IMG/VR virus record: IMGVR_UViG_3300011008_000999
Strand: one strand, 5' to 3'
Length of the DNA stretch: 64,000 bases
Origin: a virus
Taxonomy: Duplodnaviria; Caudoviricetes
The notes under the pieces: model-generated
Told to the model about the DNA's origin: nothing
Seen by the model: the letters and a program-made list of their open reading frames with translations, nothing else
Databases searched by the model: none
Shown: positions 30,374 to 39,800 of the stretch, in pieces
How positions within the stretch are numbered: the stretch's first letter is position 1
Layout of the letters: each line of letters begins with the position of its first letter
Made by a program: the position numbers and the translations under genes

Positions 30374-30964
30374 TTAACTAAATCTCTCTTCTGCACCAAA
30401 TCTATTTGCCAGTGCCGCGAACTCATGTAACTTTTCAAGATTACTGCTTTGAATAACTACTCTTATAATTTTCATTGTTGGATAATCTGGATCTATACCG
30501 TCATTAACATAACTAAGTATATTAAAATCTGTATTTTCTCCCAACGTATCTAATGCTTTTTCCCAAGCAGATCTAGTATGTGAACCTACACGATATCCAT
30601 CATGATTATCTATACATATACTAGTTGATTTAGGATAATGGCTATATAGTAAAAATAAATCACGTAATGCAAATCTAGATACTTTATTTTCAGGATCAAA
30701 CGCATCAGGATCATTTATCCATGTATGATAAAAATCATCTACTTCTACAAGATCATCTCTTTTAAGCTCATTAATGGTATATTCGTAAGATAACCAAAAT
30801 GGTTGTAACTCAATTGGTTGTGCTTGTGCTTTTACTAATTCTAGTTTAGTTTTATCGCCATTTACATATTTAGCAATTTTATCACTAGTACCAGTTATAT
30901 TAGCACCGTCATCTAAATAAGCAGTCCATAGTGTTTTTTCTTTAATTTCTTCTAATGAAATCAT
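30374..30964 (-). CDS. hypothetical protein
   Basis: ORF with RBS. Confidence 0.65.
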   Translation of the reverse strand: MISLEEIKEKTLWTAYLDDGANITGTSDKIAKYVNGDKTKLELVKAQAQPIELQPFWLSYEYTINELKRDDLVEVDDFYHTWINDPDAFDPENKVSRFALRDLFLLYSHYPKSTSICIDNHDGYRVGSHTRSAWEKALDTLGENTDFNILSYVNDGIDPDYPTMKIIRVVIQSSNLEKLHEFAALANRFGAEERFS

Positions 30965-31007
30965 GATTAGCTCCTCTCCATTACAAAAGAGCTATCTTAT
31001 TATTTTT

Positions 31008-31045
31008 TATTATAACAAGATAGCTTCATTATGTAAATAGTTTTT
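31008..31045 (-). promoter_or_regulatory. class A promoter overlapping a hairpin
   Basis: CTATTTACA-17 nt-TATAAT. Confidence 0.7.
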
Positions 31046-31054
31046 CAAATATTT

Positions 31055-31480
31055 TTAATCATTCTTTATAAATTCAAAAATGAATTCATTAGGCCAATCA
31101 AATGTTACATTAATCTGTTCATCATCCCAATTAGATCCTTCATATCCATCCAATCCACTATCTTGATAATTAGAAAAATCTTGTTCTTCAAATCCAGGAC
31201 CAAGTCCATCTGATGTTTGACCTGATACAAAATTACTAATTGATTTAAGTTCTGCTGCAGATAAAGCTTTATTTGTTAAAAGTTCTACATATCCAGAACT
31301 TTCATCTTTAAGACGCCATTCAATTTTTTCTACTGCATTTCTTATATCTTCTGCGATACGATTATCATCTTTAAGATATTTAGTCATATCATCTGCTGTA
31401 AGATACGCTTGTGCATCTGATAAATCTTTTACACATGCGGTTAGTTTGAAATATGTTCTATAGATATACATAATTCTCAC
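31055..31480 (-). CDS. hypothetical protein of Firmicutes mobile elements
   Basis: GQTSDGLGPGFEEQ resembles the GQxSDGwGEGFEQ motif. Confidence 0.55.
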   Translation of the reverse strand: MRIMYIYRTYFKLTACVKDLSDAQAYLTADDMTKYLKDDNRIAEDIRNAVEKIEWRLKDESSGYVELLTNKALSAAELKSISNFVSGQTSDGLGPGFEEQDFSNYQDSGLDGYEGSNWDDEQINVTFDWPNEFIFEFIKND

Positions 31481-31519
31481 TCTCCTTCTTCATAGGTCCA
31501 TAATACATAAAAGACTTTT

Positions 31520-31828
31520 TCATCCTTGCTCCTTACAATATTTTTCTTTATGCGCTCGTACTACAGAATCTTTAGCAAAACCAAGAATATCATGATTACA
31601 GCGTTCTATTCTATATGTACCTGGTTCTGAATTTAATTCTTTAACAACAATAGCATTTCCCATTTTTTGTGGATCACATCCAAATCCACCAGTACATAAT
31701 ACAATCTGATACTTTTCATCTTTATATTCTTCTTTGAAAAATTCTGGTTTTATAATTACAAATCGTCCTTGTAAATCTGTACTATAAACGTCCTCATCTG
31801 TACAATCTTGTTTTGTATACATAAGCAT
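31520..31828 (-). CDS. hypothetical protein (ICE-associated type)
   Basis: YQIVLCTGGFGCDP motif. Confidence 0.55.
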   Translation of the reverse strand: MLMYTKQDCTDEDVYSTDLQGRFVIIKPEFFKEEYKDEKYQIVLCTGGFGCDPQKMGNAIVVKELNSEPGTYRIERCNHDILGFAKDSVVRAHKEKYCKEQG

Positions 31829-31835
31829 TTCCCTC

Positions 31836-32135
31836 CTATTTTAGTCGGTCGGGATTGTACTTATCATTAAGCCAATTTTCAAGAATTACATTAAAATCTT
31901 CTCTATTAACTATATCAAACCAATCTCTTGGACATAAGGCTTGATAACCTTTTGTCTTATTGAGAATAGTTGTCCACATCCATCCTTGTCCAGCGTCAAG
32001 ATAACAATCGCCAACCTCATATAGTTCCTTATTAGGACTATTTTTTGTCATAAGTGTTGCAAATTCCTTCAAACTTTGATACTCTTCAGAATCTTCTTTA
32101 AAGGTACATTGCATACCTTGATGGTATTTACCCAT
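31836..32135 (-). CDS. hypothetical protein
   Basis: ORF. Confidence 0.6.
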   Translation of the reverse strand: MGKYHQGMQCTFKEDSEEYQSLKEFATLMTKNSPNKELYEVGDCYLDAGQGWMWTTILNKTKGYQALCPRDWFDIVNREDFNVILENWLNDKYNPDRLK

Positions 32136-32137
32136 TT

Positions 32138-32482
32138 TTATTCCTCCACTACATCAAAGTACATATCAATAGGTTCATCTTCAAAATAAAGATCACACTC
32201 AATATTTTTGTACTCTACTGTACAATCTAAATTAGGATTGCCAGGTTTTTTTAATGTACAACGAGCATTTCTTGGAATATATACATCAATTCTATCTCCA
32301 GTTTCAACTAAGTCTAATCCATAAGAATCGTCAATATTATCCAATTCGAGATTATCATTGGTAAGATTATCCCAACATTCAGAATAAGAATTTGGAGTCT
32401 TTGAGTAAATGCAAAGTGGTTGAGTTACAAATGCAGTTATTTTTCCTTTGTTATTGAGTTCGTCTAATAACATAATTATCAC
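32138..32482 (-). CDS. hypothetical protein
   Basis: ORF. Confidence 0.6.
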   Translation of the reverse strand: MIIMLLDELNNKGKITAFVTQPLCIYSKTPNSYSECWDNLTNDNLELDNIDDSYGLDLVETGDRIDVYIPRNARCTLKKPGNPNLDCTVEYKNIECDLYFEDEPIDMYFDVVEE

Positions 32483-32503
32483 TCCTTTCTAGTCTTCAAA
32501 TTT

Positions 32504-32773
32504 CTATAAAAACCATCCACACATCCACGTTTTATCTGACCAGTCGTAAATTGCTATGATATCTCCAGATTTATCCTTTCTATATACCATAGTTGCAAAT
32601 GATTCTGCATCTTCATAATATCTAAATCGATCATCTAGATTTGACCATAACAATTCGTTTGTATGCTCAGTAAGAAATTGTTTTAGTGCTCTTTTTGAAG
32701 ACTTATCAATTTCTTTAATCTCTTCAAAGAGATCTGCTTTGATATAGCATACAGAATATCGTTCATTACACAT
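32504..32773 (-). CDS. hypothetical protein
   Basis: ORF, translationally coupled. Confidence 0.6.
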   Translation of the reverse strand: MCNERYSVCYIKADLFEEIKEIDKSSKRALKQFLTEHTNELLWSNLDDRFRYYEDAESFATMVYRKDKSGDIIAIYDWSDKTWMCGWFL

Positions 32774-33123
32774 TAAATTTTTACAAATTGGTCAGTTTCA
32801 CTATCAAGTGTAAAACTTCCCCATGTCCCTTCATAGATTGTACTTTTATCTTTCTGGACGATGGAATTAATAGTTCCGGCAAGAAACTTGTTTTGATCTT
32901 TAATAATTTCTGTAGGCGATGTAGAATTTTTAGCATAAAAGATCATTAAGTCATCACCAACTTCAATTTTCTGATCTCTTTTTCCGCTTTGTATGATTCT
33001 TGCTTGTATAACCATTTCGTTACAATTATCACAACAGCGGCTTTCATAGTCATCCTTATTACAAAGAGGAAATGGATTATTTCCCCATTGTCCTACTGGA
33101 TTTCCGCATATACAACATTTCAT
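32773..33123 (-). CDS. Zn-finger hypothetical protein
   Basis: CCICG..GNNPFP..CCDNCN. Confidence 0.65.
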   Translation of the reverse strand: MKCCICGNPVGQWGNNPFPLCNKDDYESRCCDNCNEMVIQARIIQSGKRDQKIEVGDDLMIFYAKNSTSPTEIIKDQNKFLAGTINSIVQKDKSTIYEGTWGSFTLDSETDQFVKI

Positions 33124-33126
33124 AGT

Positions 33127-33558
33127 TTACTCCTCAAAATCTAAATAAATTATAAATGCAGCTTCAAAAGGTTGATGTTCAATACACTGTTCAAAGTCCC
33201 AATTTTCTCCCATAGTAGGATTAGGTCTATATTCAACCTTAAGTTTAAGACTCTCAAGCTTCTCTTTAATTGCAAGTGCTGCTTTATCCATTTTCTTAAT
33301 ATTGTCATTATGAAGATCTTCAGCTATTGTACGAGTATTAAAGATCATAGGTGAAGTTGAACCAATCTCAATTCTATTATGCGCTCTATCGCTATGAACT
33401 ACTCTAAGATATAATCTTGGTGCTTTATAACCAGTCTGCACAGCTTCTTCTAACATAGCTTGAAGTTCATCTTCAAATCGTTCATCTTCGAGAATTTTAT
33501 TTACTGCAACTTCAGCGTCAAAATACTGTCCTGTAACAGCATCTAAATTAAATGCCAT
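33127..33558 (-). CDS. hypothetical protein
   Basis: ORF with RBS. Confidence 0.65.
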   Translation of the reverse strand: MAFNLDAVTGQYFDAEVAVNKILEDERFEDELQAMLEEAVQTGYKAPRLYLRVVHSDRAHNRIEIGSTSPMIFNTRTIAEDLHNDNIKKMDKAALAIKEKLESLKLKVEYRPNPTMGENWDFEQCIEHQPFEAAFIIYLDFEE

Positions 33559-33571
33559 TGTTTTATCCTCC

Positions 33572-34045
33572 TTAGCGTTTTACAAATACATGCTCAGATG
33601 TATAACAATCTTCATTAGATGGTTCAGTCTTTTCACTAATCTGATCATAACCAAACTCATCCATAAGCCATTTAAGTCTTAGGTGTTGATGTTTCCAATC
33701 ACCATTTGTAATGTATACATGAACTATTCTACCTTCAGTCCATACTTCATACATTCCTTCAAATTTCTGTTCTCTAAGATATTCATCTACAATCTGTTCA
33801 AGACTTTTCTCTTCTTCAGGTGGAGTCATTTCTTTAAGATCAAACTCTTTTAATTCTGAAGTATTAAGAACACCATCTAAACAAATGTATAGACCAATTG
33901 TACCTTTATCATTCTTACCTTCACGAGACTCTAATACATGAAGATCCTTAGGAATAGTGCCAGGACCTGTGCCATGTAAAGTAAAGTACCAATAACGTCT
34001 TTTCTCGTAAGGTACTTCATCTGAATATCTTTTAGGTGTGTCCAT
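33572..34045 (-). CDS. hypothetical protein, DarA-C/polyvalent-domain-like N-terminus
   Basis: YWY..GPGTIPK..LNTSELKEFDL. Confidence 0.45.
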   Translation of the reverse strand: MDTPKRYSDEVPYEKRRYWYFTLHGTGPGTIPKDLHVLESREGKNDKGTIGLYICLDGVLNTSELKEFDLKEMTPPEEEKSLEQIVDEYLREQKFEGMYEVWTEGRIVHVYITNGDWKHQHLRLKWLMDEFGYDQISEKTEPSNEDCYTSEHVFVKR

Positions 34046-34417
34046 ATTGTATCTCCTTAAAGTTCTACTAAATCTACAATTTGTATACTATATTGAGTAT
34101 CTTTATATTCATCTTTAATTTTTACTACTTCATTAGCAGTTAATGGATTTGATTTACCATACATTAACCATTCACTAGTTTCATTATCTTCATCCACAAA
34201 TTCTTCGTCTTCACGCGCAAGTCTATCCATAAGTGTAGAATATTTATCACGAAATAAACTATATACTTCATCTAACACATCTGTGTCATCATACTCGTGT
34301 GTAAATTCTGAATGTTTAAATTTTTCATATATTGCAATATCAATTATAAATTTTTTATCAGTAACTGCTAAAATTTCAGTTGTAGGTATATCTTCTATAT
34401 ATACATTACCTATATTA

Positions 34418-34560
34418 GTGAACTACTCCGACTTATAGAAGTCGGAGCTTCCTGCTTCAACCACTACTGCGTTGGTTACGTTGATACGTAACTCAATGTC
34501 TTACACAGTGTCCACAGGCGTATAAGTTTGGGCTATTCCATCCCTACTGGATATTTAGTT
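34418..34560 (-). ncRNA. putative TnpB omega/reRNA scaffold
   Basis: Structured right-end region downstream of tnpB (family knowledge). Confidence 0.55.
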
Positions 34561-35699
34561 TATGCTACCTCGGTGAGTAGCCGTAATCCCTCGTTTAGGA
34601 TATTGATAGCTGCGTTTTGGTCACGGCTTATTGTAAGTCCACACTCGCATGTCATTTTACGGATAGTTAAGTCCTTCATTTTGGGATGTAGCATTCCACA
34701 ACAATGGCATATCTGCGATGACGGAAACCACTTATCTACTTTTACAAGATACCTGTTCCTATCGGATAGCTTGTATTCAAGCATAGATAAAAACATACCA
34801 TATCCGTTATCAAGAGTGGCTTTGCCGTTACCAAAACCTTTATTTGACATAGATTTCATGTTCAGAGATTCTACGCATACAACATCATACTGATTGGCTA
34901 TCTCAGTAGATATTTTATGCAGATTATCTAATCTCTGATTAGCTATATGTCTATGGATTTTATTTACTTTACGTAATTGCTTTATATAATTATTGGACTT
35001 AGCTTCGTGTTTCTTAGACCCTTGCATACGTGATAGTTTGCGTTGAGCTTTTGCAAGTTTATCATGGCTTTCACGATAGTATTTGTGATTTGTACCAATG
35101 TTACCGTTACTATTTACATATAAGCCGTCAGATGCATAATCTAATCCAATAGCATTGTTTTTATCAGCCACGTAAGGATTTACGGCATTCTCAAACTCAA
35201 AAAGAACAGAGATATAATACTTACCATCTGATTCCTGTGATACTGTAGCTGATTTTATAATCCAATTGCTATCAGGAATGCGATGGATTACAGCCTTTAC
35301 CTTACCTATCTTAGGAAGCTTGATATATTTATTCTCTATGATAGCAACAGTGCCTTTTTGATTATTAGTAGTATAAGACTTACGGCTATGCTTGGCAGAC
35401 TTGAATTTAGGAAATCCGTTTTTCTTTTTACGGGATTTTCTAAATGTATTGTGAAATGCCGCTTGTAAATCCATCTGTTTATTGGCAAGAGCAAGACTAT
35501 CAACCTCTTTGAGATATGGATAGTCTTTCTTGTATTTAGCAGGTGTGACAGTAGGAAACTTGCCAGTTAGCTTATAGCCGTCAATCTTATCAGAAAGCAT
35601 AAGATTATAGACCTTACGGCAACAACCAAAGGTCTTAGCAAACATAACAGATTGTTCAGTTGTAGGATATACTCTGTACTTAATTGCCTTATTTGCCAT
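34560..35699 (-). CDS. tnpB: RNA-guided endonuclease TnpB
   Basis: FGCCRKVYN, IGLD, VESL, FPSSQICHCCG..CECG..RDQNAAINI. Confidence 0.93.
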   Translation of the reverse strand: MANKAIKYRVYPTTEQSVMFAKTFGCCRKVYNLMLSDKIDGYKLTGKFPTVTPAKYKKDYPYLKEVDSLALANKQMDLQAAFHNTFRKSRKKKNGFPKFKSAKHSRKSYTTNNQKGTVAIIENKYIKLPKIGKVKAVIHRIPDSNWIIKSATVSQESDGKYYISVLFEFENAVNPYVADKNNAIGLDYASDGLYVNSNGNIGTNHKYYRESHDKLAKAQRKLSRMQGSKKHEAKSNNYIKQLRKVNKIHRHIANQRLDNLHKISTEIANQYDVVCVESLNMKSMSNKGFGNGKATLDNGYGMFLSMLEYKLSDRNRYLVKVDKWFPSSQICHCCGMLHPKMKDLTIRKMTCECGLTISRDQNAAINILNEGLRLLTEVA

Positions 35700-36096
35700 C
35701 TTTCTTTCCTTGTGATTGAATGTATTGTTTTATAATATCTACAGTAGCTCCGCCTGTGGTTAACAGACAAAAACTCTGTGACCAGAACATCTCTTTCCAT
35801 AATGACTTACGAATTTGAGGATATTCTTTTTTGATAAGCCTACTGCTTGCAGATTTATAAGCATTGATAAATTTGCTTATTTCTGTATTGGGCTGTCCTC
35901 GAAATAGTATATGTACATGGTCTATATCGTGATTCCATTCCTCTAACGAGATGTTATAGGAAGGAGCTATCTTCTCAAATATCTCTTTGAGACGATTTGA
36001 GATTTTATCATTTATCACCTTATTGCGGTACTTCACGCACATGATAAGGTGATAGTGCAACATGAATACTGAATGATTATTTGTATCTAATTGCAT
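35689..36096 (-). CDS. tnpA: IS200-type Y1 transposase
   Basis: YHLIMCVKYR, DHVHIL, KSASSR, YIQSQ. Confidence 0.93.
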   Translation of the reverse strand: MQLDTNNHSVFMLHYHLIMCVKYRNKVINDKISNRLKEIFEKIAPSYNISLEEWNHDIDHVHILFRGQPNTEISKFINAYKSASSRLIKKEYPQIRKSLWKEMFWSQSFCLLTTGGATVDIIKQYIQSQGKKDGK

Positions 36097-36311
36097 TGTA
36101 TTTATAACCTTTCTGATATATACGACTGATTTGTAATTAGATTATAATGCTATAAGATACAAAAGTCAAGAAAACGCCGTGTTTATCGCAATTCATCCCA
36201 CCACCTACGCTTTCGCTTAGAGGTGGGGGATTTCTTGCTCACAGCGTGTTAAAATATTTTTCAAATCTTTTCATATCTTCTGAGTGTTTCACTACAATTT
36301 CTCCTTATAAT

Positions 36312-36563
36312 TTATCTAAGTACTCGTCTTGTATAATCATAGTATTCATCTTCTGTAGCTTCTTCAATTTCAGCTACACTACTTCTTTTAATAAAACCAA
36401 TTTCATTAAACTTGTCAAACCAAGCCTTTGCATCAGCTTTACTATTTGCCTGAATTACACATACAATAGCTTTAGAAGTGAATAATTCTTCATTAGCATC
36501 AAATTCTGTTGTTTCAGTTAATTTGAAATACATGCTTTTTATCCTTTCCAAAACTTTCCGCAA
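36312..36563 (-). CDS. hypothetical protein
   Basis: ORF. Confidence 0.55.
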   Translation of the reverse strand: MRKVLERIKSMYFKLTETTEFDANEELFTSKAIVCVIQANSKADAKAWFDKFNEIGFIKRSSVAEIEEATEDEYYDYTRRVLR

Positions 36564-36991
36564 TATTTAGCATAAGCTACAAGTTCTGCTTCAGTTGCAG
36601 GTTCAAAGTCGTCTTCAATATACTGAATAGTACCGTGTTTATTGACAAATTCAAGAATTTCATCAATATCCTTACCAATCATAACTGGAATATGCTCAGT
36701 ATCAGGTGGAAGACCAATTCTTCCCCACTCAGTACGTTCATACTTAACTTTTCTAATGATCCAATCAGGTTGAGTATCAAGAAGATAATTGATATAGTCT
36801 ACAAAAGCTACATCTTCTTCTTTCCATTCTACTTTATCAAGATTGTCTACAATAGGAGCTCCACACATATCGCAGAATTTTGGCTTATAATTAGGACCAG
36901 CATTGATAATATGTCTACAATTATTACAATAAACATGAGTACAAATTGTAGGCGAATTTCCATACTTTAAGTAAACTTCATACTCAACCAT
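36539..36991 (-). CDS. Zn-ribbon hypothetical protein
   Basis: CNNC..FCDMCGA. Confidence 0.6.
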   Translation of the reverse strand: MVEYEVYLKYGNSPTICTHVYCNNCRHIINAGPNYKPKFCDMCGAPIVDNLDKVEWKEEDVAFVDYINYLLDTQPDWIIRKVKYERTEWGRIGLPPDTEHIPVMIGKDIDEILEFVNKHGTIQYIEDDFEPATEAELVAYAKYCGKFWKG

Positions 36992-37005
36992 ATCGCTACC
37001 TCTCT

Positions 37006-37296
37006 CTAATTAAACCAGATTTTTTCCTCTCTGTCATAAATGGACGCATCATCACCACTTCTGTGCGAATCTACGTATTTTACTGCACATTCATTTGCTT
37101 CATCTTCTGAATCAAATTCACCAAGTTGTTCACCATAATCCATTGGATCACGACGACCAGATTCAAGAGCTTCAAACAATTCTATATCATAGTCTTGCAT
37201 ATAGTTCTCTTGACAATCTCTATCAAAACCATATACTACATAACGTTTTGTATTATTATCCATGACTCCAAACCTCCTTAGTTCATTTCCTGCCAA
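37006..37296 (-). CDS. hypothetical protein
   Basis: ORF. Confidence 0.55.
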   Translation of the reverse strand: MAGNELRRFGVMDNNTKRYVVYGFDRDCQENYMQDYDIELFEALESGRRDPMDYGEQLGEFDSEDEANECAVKYVDSHRSGDDASIYDREEKIWFN

Positions 37297-37601
37297 CCAT
37301 AACTATCACAATACCACATACGAGAATCATCAAATATAACAATATCAGATGTACTCATAGAATGTGCTCTAAAGTCACTAGGTCTAGCAGTATTGAACTT
37401 AACGAACATTGCTTCGAGTATCTCCTCATCAGTATGATTCTCAAAATCTTCCTCATACTCATATACTTTTTCGTAATAATTCTTAAGATCTCTCTTAAGA
37501 TTAGGAATAACCTTAGTTACATACGAATAATCCATAAAGGAGATATCGTGACGTTCATCAATATCATTACGCACTTGATAAATTTCAACTTTAGTTGTCA
37601 T
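37278..37601 (-). CDS. YodL-like domain protein
   Basis: IYQ..YEKVY..LEAMFVKFN..PSDFRAHSMSTSDIV..YCDSYGW. Confidence 0.75.
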   Translation of the reverse strand: MTTKVEIYQVRNDIDERHDISFMDYSYVTKVIPNLKRDLKNYYEKVYEYEEDFENHTDEEILEAMFVKFNTARPSDFRAHSMSTSDIVIFDDSRMWYCDSYGWQEMN

Positions 37602-37670
37602 TTTTTAGCTCCTCCTTTGTTTGTTATTTGTATTTTTTAATTTCCATTCTATTATATATAAATAGCTTAA

Positions 37671-38168
37671 TCAAAATCTTGACTCAGCTATTTCTATAAG
37701 CTTGTCTAACTCTTTTTCTTCAAGAAGTTCGAATTCTTCTTCAGTTAATCCGATAATATAAGTCTTTCCACCCATTGGAACATCATGTGAAGATTCTCTA
37801 CATTTAATAGCATTTCTACCTTCTTCTTGTAAGTCAAGTGATATATCATAAGATCTTTCACAAGTTTTTGTGATTTCGTCAGTAAACATATATCCACTTG
37901 CACCATTATATTTACATCCACATGCAATTACAAGATAGTGAGGGAATTTACCAATCTTATCTGTAAGAATATAATTAAGTTCATTTTCGTCGAACTCACC
38001 TGATTCCCAATCTATTGCATCTTCTGAAATATCTGCATTTCTAATTTCTTCTAAACTAAGAATTAAAACACCTTCATCTGGTGAATCACCTACATAGTTA
38101 CGCATTTGTTCATCATTAAGCTTAGTTTGATCTACTTTATAAAAAGTACAAGAATCTAAAATATTCAT
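37671..38168 (-). CDS. hypothetical protein
   Basis: SSHDVPMGG motif. Confidence 0.6.
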   Translation of the reverse strand: MNILDSCTFYKVDQTKLNDEQMRNYVGDSPDEGVLILSLEEIRNADISEDAIDWESGEFDENELNYILTDKIGKFPHYLVIACGCKYNGASGYMFTDEITKTCERSYDISLDLQEEGRNAIKCRESSHDVPMGGKTYIIGLTEEEFELLEEKELDKLIEIAESRF

Positions 38169-38170
38169 AA

Positions 38171-38371
38171 TTATACCTCCAAACAGATCTTAATATAGCC
38201 ACCACATCTATAGACTTTTTCAGTATTATCCCATTTCCAATCAGTATCTTTCATGGGTTCATAATCTTCAATTCCTTTATAGATTTGATTTTCATTTTCA
38301 TCATATACGATTACAATGTCATCTTCAAACTCTATTTGTTTTCTTGCGTATGTCTTATATCCTCTTTTCAT
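38171..38371 (-). CDS. hypothetical protein
   Basis: ORF with GGAGG RBS. Confidence 0.6.
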   Translation of the reverse strand: MKRGYKTYARKQIEFEDDIVIVYDENENQIYKGIEDYEPMKDTDWKWDNTEKVYRCGGYIKICLEV

Positions 38372-38382
38372 AACATACCTCC

Positions 38383-38634
38383 TTAGTCGTGCCAGATAGT
38401 ATCTGGAATTCGATACTTAAGCTGCTTAGCAAGCTCTCTAAGCTCTTCTAACTCACGCTTATCAAATTCAGATTCTACAGGAGATTCATAGGAGTCACCG
38501 TAAGCTTTCAAGGTAAACTCTAACGTATCATTTTTTCCAGATCTATTTATACAGTCATTTACATCTTCAAAACACCATAAATAGTGCTTTTCTAAGATTT
38601 CTACAAATCTTTCAGCTACAATTCTAGCATTCAT
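38383..38634 (-). CDS. hypothetical protein
   Basis: ORF with GGAGG RBS. Confidence 0.6.
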   Translation of the reverse strand: MNARIVAERFVEILEKHYLWCFEDVNDCINRSGKNDTLEFTLKAYGDSYESPVESEFDKRELEELRELAKQLKYRIPDTIWHD

Positions 38635-38645
38635 AGTAATACCTC

Positions 38646-38972
38646 CTATTCTTCTACACTTAAGAGTCTAGGATTATAAATATAATAGTTATCAGAATAT
38701 GATGAAGGTGGTACAAAATAACCAGTAATTCTAACCATCTTTCCTTCTTCAAATGCAAGATCCTTTGCAATCTTTGAATCATATTCTGTCATATCTGCAT
38801 TTAGAGAAGCATCATAGATATATGTATTACCTTCACCATCAGCAAATCTAAACGCATCATGATTCTTACCTTTATAATAATCTGAGTTATTTACTGAGTC
38901 TAACTTAAGTGTTTTAGTTTCGTGTTCAAGTTCGATTCTCTGTCCATCAGGACTTCTAAAAGTTTTAGCCAT
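38646..38972 (-). CDS. hypothetical protein
   Basis: ORF with GGAGG RBS. Confidence 0.6.
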   Translation of the reverse strand: MAKTFRSPDGQRIELEHETKTLKLDSVNNSDYYKGKNHDAFRFADGEGNTYIYDASLNADMTEYDSKIAKDLAFEEGKMVRITGYFVPPSSYSDNYYIYNPRLLSVEE

Positions 38973-38982
38973 AATGTCCTCC

Positions 38983-39291
38983 TTAATGTCCAGTCATTGC
39001 TCCAACATCCCAAGGTTCAAAATAATATTTGCTTTCAGCATCATCTGAACTCCAAAATTCAGTTTGCATAAGTTCTACTTCTACTGGAATCTTAATTCCG
39101 TGTGCTTCAGCTTCAACACCTTCATAGATCTTCATCATTACTTCATACCAAATAGCTCCATCTTCAAAGACATACGTCTTACGATAGTATTCAGCAGAAT
39201 TTCCTTGAGTATCACACTGAAAGTCATTATTATGTTTACTAAAGAATTTCTTCTTTTCTTCTTCATATTCATGATATTTGACAGTATTCAT
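38983..39291 (-). CDS. hypothetical protein
   Basis: ORF with RBS. Confidence 0.6.
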   Translation of the reverse strand: MNTVKYHEYEEEKKKFFSKHNNDFQCDTQGNSAEYYRKTYVFEDGAIWYEVMMKIYEGVEAEAHGIKIPVEVELMQTEFWSSDDAESKYYFEPWDVGAMTGH

Positions 39292-39302
39292 AATATAACT
39301 CC

Positions 39303-39605
39303 TTAAAAAATGTCGATTTTGTCTAAAGTAAATTCATTTAATTCTGGATGTGTTTTAAGTAAATCTCTAATATTATTATTAAGTTTATCTTTTAATTCAT
39401 CTAGATCTATATCATTTTTACATGAACATGACCATTGACATTTGTAATTATCCATTACTTTAACAGGTTCACTATATCCGCTAATTAAAATAATTCCAAA
39501 ATCTCTAAGAATTTCATTATACTCAAACTTAGTGTCCCATTTAACAAAACTTATATAATCACCATTAAGTGTAAATATTATATGACTCATTCTATATTCC
39601 TCCAT
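39303..39605 (-). CDS. hypothetical protein
   Basis: ORF downstream of a TTTACA-17-TATAAT promoter (39612-39642). Confidence 0.6.
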   Translation of the reverse strand: MEEYRMSHIIFTLNGDYISFVKWDTKFEYNEILRDFGIILISGYSEPVKVMDNYKCQWSCSCKNDIDLDELKDKLNNNIRDLLKTHPELNEFTLDKIDIF

Positions 39606-39705
39606 AAAGTTATTATATCATGTAATCACAGAAATGTAAACTCTTTAAAACAAAATGCTAACCTATTTTCATAGATTGGCATTTTTCACATTCTTACGTT
39701 ATTTT

Positions 39706-39740
39706 ATTATAATTAAATAGCTCTTAAATGTAAATAGCTG
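39706..39740 (-). promoter_or_regulatory. composite class A + class B promoter
   Basis: CTATTTACA TTTAAGAG CTATTTAAT TATAAT (17-nt spacer contains the class B motif). Confidence 0.65.
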
Positions 39741-39743
39741 TAC

Positions 39744-39779
39744 AAAAAGAATGCTTAGCCTATTTCTAGACTAAGCATT
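39744..39779 (-). terminator. intrinsic terminator
   Basis: AATGCTTAGTCTA-GAAA-TAGGCTAAGCATT plus U-tract. Confidence 0.75.
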
Positions 39780-39800
39780 GTTATACTTCTACATCTTGTT

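Larger units (their letters stand above)
34418..36248 (-). mobile_element. IS200/IS605-family insertion sequence (tnpA + tnpB)
   Basis: Inserted 3' of TTTAA with no target-site duplication. Subterminal hairpins at both ends. Right end TTCAC. Confidence 0.9.
34057..36292 (-). pseudogene. 135-codon hypothetical gene interrupted by the IS200/IS605 element
   Basis: Removing 34418..36248 restores the frame GTG(36292)..YFN|NIGNVY..TAA(34057). Confidence 0.75.
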
